Position numbers and translations under genes: made by a program
Source of the DNA: Victivallis vadensis
GTDB taxonomy: Bacteria; Verrucomicrobiota; Lentisphaeria; Victivallales; GWF2-50-93
DNA: 64,000 bases
NCBI GenBank assembly: GCA_945883805.1
Contig: CAMCYE010000005.1
Span: 5,269-69,268 of the forward strand
Direction: 5' to 3'
Notes under the pieces: generated by a model
Database searches by the model: none
What the model saw: the letters and a program-made list of their open reading frames with translations, nothing else
What the model was told of the DNA's origin: nothing
Shown here: positions 1 to 8,300 of the stretch, piece after piece
Numbering within the stretch: position 1 is the first letter of the stretch
Layout: every line of letters begins with the position of its first letter

Positions 1-2253
1 GTTCCAGCGGAAAAAGTGTTTTAACCCACGCGTCAACAACCCGACCTGCCGCATGTCTTCGTTTGCGACAGCCATATTGGTCCCGATGAACGGCGACATT
101 CCGAGCCACCAGTTCCGGATATCGGTGTGCCAGGTAATGTCCGACGGTTGCAGCATCTCCCTGATATGGAAAGGCTGGTCGGAAAAATAACGCGCAGGCC
201 CGGAAAGCGGAAACAGGACGGCCAGTCCCGGCACATAAGGCCGTTCACACTGCGCTCCCAGCATGGAACCATCTTCAGTTGTAAAAGGAGGACTGCTCAG
301 TCCCAGCGTCGTCGGCTTAGGGAAGAAAATGCGGAGATCATATTCCAGGTGACGGCTCCCGGCCCGCAGGGATGCGTCCATCTGATATTTAAGATCTGGC
401 AGTTCACCGTTGAACCGCACGGTTTTCATGGCGGGATCATTGCGGAGGATACGGGCTTCCGCAGTGGTCGGACACGAATATGTGTTGGCGTAAAAGAGTT
501 CGGCATCCCAAGACTGTACAGTAAGTTTCCGGGATCCGTCAAATGCGAGTGTCGCAGTTCCCGGACACACCGATCCTTCCGCCAGCATCCAGATGCGCAG
601 ACGGAGCCTTCTGGCGTTTTTCACCTGAATTGCAAGCGGGTCGATGTCACATCCGTGTCTTGGCAGCCCTTTTCCGCCCCAATGAAGATTCTGCAGGGGG
701 ATCCATTCGGATTCCCAGCAGTTTCCATCAGAGTCCAGCCGCTCCACCTGAAGAAGGAATGCGGCTCCTGCAAGACCGCGCATTTCAAAACGAACCTCCG
801 CACCACAGTAAACGGGAATGCCGGCCTCATATGAAATTGCCAATGCGCCCTCGAAAGATTCCAGTTTCTGTCCGGCCTTCAAGACGACCCGTTTCCCAAG
901 AGGTGTTTCATGTATGCGCATAAGTTTCCCGAGACCGTTGAACAACTCTGTTTTCCGGCCATGTTTTGCTTCGGCAACCTGTCCCAGTTCATTCAAACGG
1001 AACTTCGCCATTCCATTTGAAAAAGTCAACGGATCAGTGTCGTTGATTCTGGGGTGGGATTTCTTCAGGCAATCCACATTGGCAGTCCCCCAGCCTGGAA
1101 CATTTTTCGCAAGGAACGTATGTTTGTCAGCAGCCACGACCAAGTCCCTCCGCCATGGTGTCGGATTGAAAATCACATCTTTAGATTCCACGGAATCCGG
1201 TGCTCCGCCGAGCAGACCGAATTCCAGTTCTTCGGCTGAAATTGCCAGGGCATGCGATGCCGGGAGGTAATGTGGTTTGTAGTTGTGGCACTGCCAGAGC
1301 AGATGGTTGTCGCAAAGAATGAAGCAGGCCTTCCACAGATCATCAAGGCGGTCCCTGGATTTCCGCGTCATATTTCCGTTCAGGACACCGACTGCCTCTA
1401 CGGCAGGCAGGCGTATCTCCACAGTTCTCACATTCTGTTCGAGCAACAGGGAATCGATGGTTCCGCCATACCAGCTTTTCGAGCCCATTTTCCGGGAATC
1501 GAAGATGCGCCTCGACCGGATCCGTCCAAGATACTCGTCCATTGTGATGGCATGCAGATCCATTCCTTTCAGGTGCGGTGAGCTTTCGCGTATCTGAGGC
1601 CAGTTGTGGATAAAGTACAGATTGTTTGTCAGTTCCAGAGGATTGAAAACGGGAATTTTCCCAACAGGTTCGTCTCCTCCGGAAATGGCTTTAAGCCGGA
1701 TCCTACCCAGGGTTTTCACCGTAGTTCCGTCAGGGCTCCGGATCAATCCGTCATGCATGGAAAAGAGTATTTGAAATCCTAGAATTTCCGCTATCTGGGG
1801 CATTTGGACGGCAGCCCATTCCAGACCGTACATGAAATCATGGTTCAGCACGCTGCGTGGCGGTTTTCCAGTGAGTTCCTCCGCAAGTTCCCGGCTTATC
1901 CGCAGACTGCGCAGGAGGCCTTCACCGGTCGTTCCCTCTGCAACACAGGCGGCATAGGGGTAGACCACGAACTCGAGACGGCCGCTCCGGATCTGCCGTT
2001 GCAGTTTCATCCAGGTATTTCCGTCGCATGGAACCAGGGACCGGTTGCTTTCCGGATTCCGCCCCGTCAGGGATCTCACGAAATCGCTCGCATTCTTGTC
2101 AATCCACCATCCGCAATGGGTCAGTAGGAAATGTTCGCGTCCCGGAGAGATCGCTTCGGCGAGAAATTCAAAGTGCTTGTCGGACTGCTCGTCCCGGTTC
2201 ATATTCCCAGTTCCAGGCGTTATCCATCCCCACTGCAGAAATAAGATGTCCAT
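1..2253 (-). CDS. Glycoside-hydrolase-like protein, C-terminus cut by window edge (751 codons visible)
   Basis: Reverse-strand frame is open from ATG 2253 (alternative ATG 2277) to base 1. It is absent from the ORF track because it has no in-window stop. Hand translation starts MDILFLQWGWITPGTGNMNRDEQSDKHFEFL and I found no stop. Segment GEGLLRSLRISRELAEELTGKPPRSVLNHDFMYGLEWAAVQMPQIAEILGF resembles the GH38-type N-terminal catalytic-domain pattern (weak, from memory). The + strand track ORFs in 127-2405 are shadows of it. Confidence 0.6.
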   Translation of the reverse strand, partial: MDILFLQWGWITPGTGNMNRDEQSDKHFEFLAEAISPGREHFLLTHCGWWIDKNASDFVRSLTGRNPESNRSLVPCDGNTWMKLQRQIRSGRLEFVVYPYAACVAEGTTGEGLLRSLRISRELAEELTGKPPRSVLNHDFMYGLEWAAVQMPQIAEILGFQILFSMHDGLIRSPDGTTVKTLGRIRLKAISGGDEPVGKIPVFNPLELTNNLYFIHNWPQIRESSPHLKGMDLHAITMDEYLGRIRSRRIFDSRKMGSKSWYGGTIDSLLLEQNVRTVEIRLPAVEAVGVLNGNMTRKSRDRLDDLWKACFILCDNHLLWQCHNYKPHYLPASHALAISAEELEFGLLGGAPDSVESKDVIFNPTPWRRDLVVAADKHTFLAKNVPGWGTANVDCLKKSHPRINDTDPLTFSNGMAKFRLNELGQVAEAKHGRKTELFNGLGKLMRIHETPLGKRVVLKAGQKLESFEGALAISYEAGIPVYCGAEVRFEMRGLAGAAFLLQVERLDSDGNCWESEWIPLQNLHWGGKGLPRHGCDIDPLAIQVKNARRLRLRIWMLAEGSVCPGTATLAFDGSRKLTVQSWDAELFYANTYSCPTTAEARILRNDPAMKTVRFNGELPDLKYQMDASLRAGSRHLEYDLRIFFPKPTTLGLSSPPFTTEDGSMLGAQCERPYVPGLAVLFPLSGPARYFSDQPFHIREMLQPSDITWHTDIRNWWLGMSPFIGTNMAVANEDMRQVGLLTRGLKHFFRWN

Positions 2254-2266
2254 GTGCAGGCATTTC

Positions 2267-3424
2267 CTACTCGACATTCACGGTTTCAAAAGTGACCTGC
2301 TCCAGCTTATCCATGTCTACATCTACGCCCAGGCCGGGAGTATCCGGGATAAGTGATGCGCCGTCAAGCTCCTCGTATTCTTTTTTGACAACAGTGAAAC
2401 CCTGACAGCAGTACACGGCGTTTTCCTGTTCGCAAATGGCAAGGTTGCCTGGCAGCAGGCTGGTGAGAATGCGATAGCCTGCCACACCCATGCCGAGGAG
2501 AAATGTTGATCCCACGAGGCACTCAATGCCACCGACGGCGGCGATCCCCGCCTTAAGCATGGCCCTCTGAAAACCGCCGGCCCAGTTGGCATGGATGTTG
2601 ATTAGATCCGCACATCCGGCGTTGGCGATGGCCATGATGCTTTCCGGACTGCGGGCGCATTCGTCAATCATGATTTTGACCTTGGTCCTGTCCTTGATAT
2701 ACCGGAAGGTGGCCCAGTCTGTTTTGATGGGATCTTCGCAGACTTCCAGACCCAGCTCGTGGAGGCGGTTGAGATATTTGACCACGGCGTCCGGGTGCTG
2801 TTCCTTCAAGGCGTAGTTCGGATCTATGAAGATATGGCTGCCCGGCAGAGTGAGTTCCCGGATTTTCCGGATGGTCTCATAATCCTTTTCCATTTCACCA
2901 TTGGGCTTGAGTTTGAAATAGCGGGTATGCCTCTGCTTCTGAAATTCCAAAGCCGTCTTCGCCATGATATCCGGCTCGTCGGTCCTGATAACATCCATAT
3001 TCCATACCCGGTCATGCTTTCTTCCTCCGAGAAATGCCGTTGCCGGCAAATTGAAAATGTGTCCGGCAAGATCGTGGATCGCAAAATCAAACCCGTCAAC
3101 GATGCTGTTTGCATCGTGGCACTTGAGCTCTTCCGGAATCCAGTTCCCAAGGATGCGGCAGTCTTTCCCGATAAGGTTCTGCGCGGTTTTAAGCGTGATG
3201 TCCCATTCGTCAAGAGCCGACGTGCCGATATGTCCCGGCGGATATATCAGACTGGTGGGAACGAATTCGCCGAATCCCGACACCTTGCCATTGGAAACTT
3301 CTATGACGATGTTGATGCAGTCCGGATCTGTTTCCCCGGTGGTGTAGCGGCCCTTGTTGATTGCGGTTGTACATTTACGGATCGTAATACGGCGGATCGT
3401 GCCGTGTCCTGTATTCCTCTGCAT
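2267..3424 (-). CDS. Enolase-superfamily enzyme (mandelate racemase / muconate lactonizing family; probable sugar-acid dehydratase)
   Basis: The track ORF 2267..3430 starts at GTG. AGGAG at 3433-3437 is better spaced for ATG 3424. Barrel-domain motifs are YFKLKPNGEMEKD, HIFIDPNYAL, LEVCEDPI and KIMIDECARS. Confidence 0.75.
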   Translation of the reverse strand: MQRNTGHGTIRRITIRKCTTAINKGRYTTGETDPDCINIVIEVSNGKVSGFGEFVPTSLIYPPGHIGTSALDEWDITLKTAQNLIGKDCRILGNWIPEELKCHDANSIVDGFDFAIHDLAGHIFNLPATAFLGGRKHDRVWNMDVIRTDEPDIMAKTALEFQKQRHTRYFKLKPNGEMEKDYETIRKIRELTLPGSHIFIDPNYALKEQHPDAVVKYLNRLHELGLEVCEDPIKTDWATFRYIKDRTKVKIMIDECARSPESIMAIANAGCADLINIHANWAGGFQRAMLKAGIAAVGGIECLVGSTFLLGMGVAGYRILTSLLPGNLAICEQENAVYCCQGFTVVKKEYEELDGASLIPDTPGLGVDVDMDKLEQVTFETVNVE

Positions 3425-3456
3425 TTTCACATCTCCTGTTTAATTTACTTCTTTTT

Positions 3457-4482
3457 TTAATTTCCTGCCGGCCTGCAGATGCTGGTGTCTTCTGGCCATG
3501 CCACGGTTTCCGGTGCAATTCCGACCATTTCGATGTACCGCTGCAATAAGCGGCCTGCGGAACCCCATTCGGCATTGGGGCTCATGCAGGTGGAGAACTC
3601 GAAGGTGATCAGTTTCTCCGCATGCCGCGACGCGGCCTGCATCTTCGCCGCCAGGACACGGTAGTCATTCTGGCGGTAATGGAACTCCCCGCCAATGGTC
3701 GAAGGCTGGAACGGACGGTAAAAGGATTCCACATTGGCCCAAAGGGCAATCTTGTTCCGCGCGAGAAATGTTCCTGCGGCCTCATACCATTCGTCAAGCA
3801 CGTTGGGCAGAATTCGGCCTTCATCGCATTCTACGTCATTGAACTTGTCCTGCCAGGCGCAGAAATCGAGTTTCCCGGCCAGCCTGTCGAACATCCTGCC
3901 GAAAATCTCGCGGAATTCGTCCGGGGAATAATGGGAGCTCATATCCCCCTTGAGCCCGTTGAAAGTCGGGGAAAGCAGTGTCGGCCGTTTCGGATCGAGC
4001 CGGCGGCAGGCGTCGCAAATCCCCTCTACGATATCGGCGTAGTTGTAATGCCAGGGCAGCGCCTCGCATGTGACATAGAATCCCCGGAAACATTTACGGT
4101 TACCGAACTTCTCCAGCATGCGTTCATAAAGCTTTTCGTTGTCCAGCGTATCTCCCTGCCAGTCGCCCCGGTAGAGCTTGGAACAACTGGTTACCCCTCC
4201 CAGATACAGATCCATGTTGTTTTCATCGCAGAGTCGGAAATACATGGAAACCAGATCGGGATCCTCAGGCCAGGTCGTGCCGCGCGGGTCGAACCCCGAG
4301 AAGTGGCGTCCGCCTTGTTCGTATTCGCAGCGGAGAACTATGATCGTGTCGATCCCGAGGCTTTTCATGAGGCGGAAATCCGCTTCCCATTCCCTGCGAC
4401 CCCAGTTGTTGATGCCTGTATCATTGATGAACGGCGTGACGAAAGTGCCGGTGATCGGCTTGAATTGACGTGAATCCAGCAT
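3457..4482 (-). CDS. TIM-barrel glycosidase-like protein (DUF4434-like)
   Basis: The track ORF 3457..4551 overlaps the upstream gene by 50 nt. Internal ATG 4482 (MLDSRQFKPITGTF...) has GGGAG upstream. LGIDTIIVLRCEYEQGG and FYVTCEALPWHYN resemble DUF4434 as I remember it. Confidence 0.5.
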   Translation of the reverse strand: MLDSRQFKPITGTFVTPFINDTGINNWGRREWEADFRLMKSLGIDTIIVLRCEYEQGGRHFSGFDPRGTTWPEDPDLVSMYFRLCDENNMDLYLGGVTSCSKLYRGDWQGDTLDNEKLYERMLEKFGNRKCFRGFYVTCEALPWHYNYADIVEGICDACRRLDPKRPTLLSPTFNGLKGDMSSHYSPDEFREIFGRMFDRLAGKLDFCAWQDKFNDVECDEGRILPNVLDEWYEAAGTFLARNKIALWANVESFYRPFQPSTIGGEFHYRQNDYRVLAAKMQAASRHAEKLITFEFSTCMSPNAEWGSAGRLLQRYIEMVGIAPETVAWPEDTSICRPAGN

Positions 4483-4501
4483 AGAGATGGTTCTCCCTTT
4501 C

Positions 4502-5191
4502 CTATTTTTCAGCTTTCTGAGCAGGTTCTGTTTTTGCAGGTTCTTCCACATTTGGAATTACCTTCATTGCGACAGCATCAAACCGCACGCTTTCCCCTTC
4601 CGCCTGGCCGCGTGCGGATAGTTGGAAGATCATGTCCTGTTCCTCTTCAGGTCCAGTAGCTCCGGGCACTACAAATTCGAGTACGCCTTCTTTCCATTCT
4701 TTTGAGGGGACCAGGGTAGCTGTCCGTTCGATCCATTTGCCATCGAACTTAGATTTGGCTGAGATTTCGGCACGGCCCGTTACCTGTTCAGTCCTGTATT
4801 GGACTGTCATCCTGTATTTTTTCCCTACAAACAATTTTTTGCCGTATATGACACCATTGTAATCGCCGGCGCCTTGAACCACAATACAGTAGTTCCCATC
4901 GGGATTCTTCCCTTTTTCCCTGAGAATCTTGCCATTCTCGCTACGATTGAAGTACTGGCCCCAGTTATCCGAGCTCAAGGGCTTGTTTTCATTCAGAGGC
5001 GATTCAAACGAAGAGTTTGGGATAGGAACCGAATCCGCCGAGAAAGTCTGCGCAGGCTTCACGGCCTTGCCATCGGCATCATCAGATGCGGGCTTGACCT
5101 CCGCACCAAGGGCAAACGCCCCGCACAAGAGCATGCCTCCGGAAATAACTGTTACCGACACCATCCGACAAATCTGCTTCTGCGATTTCAC
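4502..5191 (-). CDS. Secreted carbohydrate-binding-module-like protein
   Basis: GTG start with AAGGAGG 5 nt upstream. Signal peptide is MKSQKQICRMVSVTVISGGMLLCGAFALGA. The mature part is beta-rich and opens with IPNSSFESPL, as in CBM4/9/22-type jelly-roll modules. Confidence 0.45.
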   Translation of the reverse strand: MKSQKQICRMVSVTVISGGMLLCGAFALGAEVKPASDDADGKAVKPAQTFSADSVPIPNSSFESPLNENKPLSSDNWGQYFNRSENGKILREKGKNPDGNYCIVVQGAGDYNGVIYGKKLFVGKKYRMTVQYRTEQVTGRAEISAKSKFDGKWIERTATLVPSKEWKEGVLEFVVPGATGPEEEQDMIFQLSARGQAEGESVRFDAVAMKVIPNVEEPAKTEPAQKAEK

Positions 5192-5287
5192 GTAGTCCTC
5201 CTTTAATTTATTATTTCATCCTAGCAGCGCCAGTACCTAAAATCACCGGATACTGATATGATATTTGAAATTGTTTTATTAAAACAC

Positions 5288-5316
5288 TTGACAGGCATCA
5301 AATAATTATATATAAT
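5288..5316 (+). promoter_or_regulatory. Consensus sigma70-type promoter of the 1717-aa protein operon
   Basis: TTGACA (5288-5293), a 17-nt spacer, then TATAAT (5311-5316), about 70 nt upstream of the ATG at 5385. Confidence 0.6.
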
Positions 5317-5332
5317 ATTGTATTAATACAAT
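5317..5332. promoter_or_regulatory. Perfect 16-bp palindromic operator ATTGTATTAATACAAT abutting the -10 box
   Basis: Perfect palindrome read directly. The same core TGTATTAATACAAT recurs at 18129-18143 in an equivalent promoter context. It fits the GntR-type GT..AC half-site logic. Confidence 0.55.
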
Positions 5333-5384
5333 TATTCAATGAAAAATTTGAAGAAAATAAAATTAATAAATTGGGAGATGCTTC

Positions 5385-8300
5385 ATGAAATGTACCAAGC
5401 TGGCGGCCGGATTTTTGTGCTGGACGCTTGTTCTTCTTGTTTTCGCCCTGCATCCACAGGCTGCCGGAGCTGAGGAATCCGGATGGTTCCAGCTTCAACC
5501 CTGCTTGCCGGTATGGGAAACGGTACCGGTTGCATCAGTGCCTCGGATGGCGGCCGGAAAGGCGGGCAATCCCCCTGTCATTGACGGACAGCTTACAGAT
5601 GCAAACTGGAAAGGACTGCCTGACAATACGGCATTTTCAACCTGCAGGAATTTTCCGGAAAGCGCATTGACATGGGTATCCGCTGCCTGCCAATACGACG
5701 GTGAGCGGCTTTATCTGGCGGCCAGGCTACAGAAGGCGGAAGGCAATCTCAAGGCTTCCTGCAAGACTCCGGGAGGAAGGATATGGGAAGACGACTGTCT
5801 GGAGATTTTTCTGGGTCAGCCGGACAGTGCTGTCCGCTATCAGATTGATGTAAACGCCAATGGGGTGTGGTGGGCAGGTGCAGTAGGAGGAGGTAAAGAC
5901 TGGAAACCGGACATCAGAGCCGCAGGCAAGATCGAAGACAAGACATGGACTGTGGAGCTTTCCATTCCTTTGGCCTCTCTTGATCTTGACAAGGGAAACC
6001 TTCTTCCTCTTGCCATGGATATGAGATATCTGGTGAACAATGGGGCGAGCTGGACGGCCTGGGGTTCGGGACAGGGTGCAAAGCAGGGGTATGGCATACT
6101 TATTCTGGATCCGGCTAAAGCTCCGCTCCTTCCGGCCCAGACGACAGCCTTTCTTATGCCAGACGCACTGCTCCGTGGCAAAAACTCCGAAGTGCTGGGC
6201 GTGGAGGTCGTCAACTCCGACAAAGTCCCGCATCAGATTGCTGTTCTTCTGGACTGGGGAACAAATTTCGGCAAGCATGTCCAGGAAATACTTCAGTTGC
6301 AGCCCAAGGAAAAGAAGCGGTTTATGCTGAACTTGGATATTGCCGGCGCCGATCTTCAAAATATTCCTCTGCGTCTGACCTGCAAGGATCTTACCGGGGC
6401 ACAAACGATTTTTGCAAAGGAAAAAACAGTTCCGGTTATTCCCGAATTTTCATTTGTCCTAGACCGGATGCGCCTTTTGAAAGGGGACCGGGAAACAACA
6501 GGTATCCTTTCGTACGGCACCAATCTTGGCGAAATGTTCATGGAATTATGGGATGACGTTCATTGCATCAACCGGGAAAAACTCACCATTAAAAATCCGG
6601 GGCAGTACCGGATTCGGCTGAAGACGGCCAGTTTGAATCCAGGCGAATACCGCTTCCGTATCAAGACGGGAACTGCCGGACACATACTTACGGAAACAGT
6701 TCCTCTGGTCATTGTCCAGACAGTCCCTATGCCTGAATCCAGCAAAATTGCACTGATCACTGATGTCGGCACGGTCCAGCCCGGTGGCAAGGAGGAGGAT
6801 GTTCCCCTCTATTCCGGAATCACATTTCCCGGAGGCGTACTGACCGATATGAAACAGGTCCGGGTAGTGGATGATTCGGGACGCGAAGTCCCCAGCCAGT
6901 CTGAAATCCTCACCACTTGGGGACCAGGGGGATCCATTCAATGGCTCGGCATGCATTTCCAGGGAAAGACTGGAAGAACATATGCCGCAGAATTCGGCTC
7001 GGACGTGCAACGTAAAGTACTGCCGGAAAAACCAGTGACCGTCAATCCGGCTGCCGGCGGGAACGGCCTGACAATAGACACTGGCGCAGCCGTTTTCGAG
7101 CTCTCCAAAACCGGTCCGCTGATAGTCAAATCCTCCTTGGGGGGAATACCTGTAACCACCAATTCCAAGGGTTGTCTTACCGTGACAGATCAGAAAGGCA
7201 GGATTGGAGATGAGACACATGACACGGTCAGCGACGGTGTTGGACCGCAGGTCGAGTTTTCCGGCCCTTTAATGGCGGTTGTAAGGCGCGAGGGATTTTA
7301 TCGTACGGAAAAAGGCGAGAGCCTTGGCAAGTATGTGGTCCGCCTCTCTTTCTATGCAGGAAAACCGTATGTGGGCATCCAGCATACGTTCATTCATACC
7401 GAAGACAGCAACAGACAGCAGATTGCCGATCTTTCACTGAGCTTCCTTCCAGTTTTTTCCGCACCTTGGAAAGTGGTTCTCAACAATCTCCCCGGTAAAG
7501 ACAACGGAAACTTTTCAACGGAAATTGAGCCGGCAAAAGGTGAAGGGGCGTATCTGGCTCAGACGGAATACCGCCATTACCTGAGCGAGTTGTGCGAATA
7601 TCAGGTAGGAGTGAAGAAGGCCGCTGGCGATTGGAAAACGGTCAATAAAGGGGAGCGGGCCGGAAACTGGGGGGCTGTCACCGGAAAAGACACCGGTGTC
7701 GCGCTGATTCTTCCAAAACTGGTTGAAATGTTCCCTAAAGAGATTGAAGTCGGAGCAGACGGAATTGCCGCACATCTCTGGTCAAGCCGTGGCGGACGCC
7801 TTCTGGACTACCGTCCGTCGGCCATCTCCAAGAACCTAGGTGAAGAGTGGGTTGAGAAGGGGGGATATCCGGGAGGCCTCAAGGCATTCAATGCCATTTA
7901 TTCTACCGCCGTCGGCAGTGCCAGGACCCATGACCTCATGCTGATGCTGATGAAAACAGGTGAAGGCACCGGACAAGTAAGCGCAACGGCGGAACGCGCG
8001 GAGAATCCTCCGATCACCATCCAGGATCCCGCCTGGCTCAACCAGACCGGAGCAATCGGCCCTATCCATCAGCATGACCCCAAAAAGTTTCCCCGCATTG
8101 AATCCTTTGTTCAGAATACCTTCCTGACGGAAGTTGCCGGGAAAGCGGATAAAATCGGCGATTACGGCTTCCTCGAATACGGTAATGGGCCGCACTCCTA
8201 CGTCGGCAGACCGCAGTATAAGCACTTCCCCCGGTTCTACCGCTATTACGATACTGACTACCAGTTCCGGAATGCGGTCTGGCTTCTTTTTGCCAGATCG

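Noticed and set aside
127-2405. A series of overlapping plus-strand ORFs (127..834, 818..1270, 1252..1581, 1804..2127, 2028..2405 and others).
   Set aside because: All are shadows of the uninterrupted minus-strand frame 1-2253, which the track omits because it runs off the window edge.
2759-4473. Plus-strand ORFs 2759..3460 (233 aa) and 3622..4473 (283 aa).
   Set aside because: They are antisense to the enolase-superfamily and DUF4434-like genes. No motifs were found.
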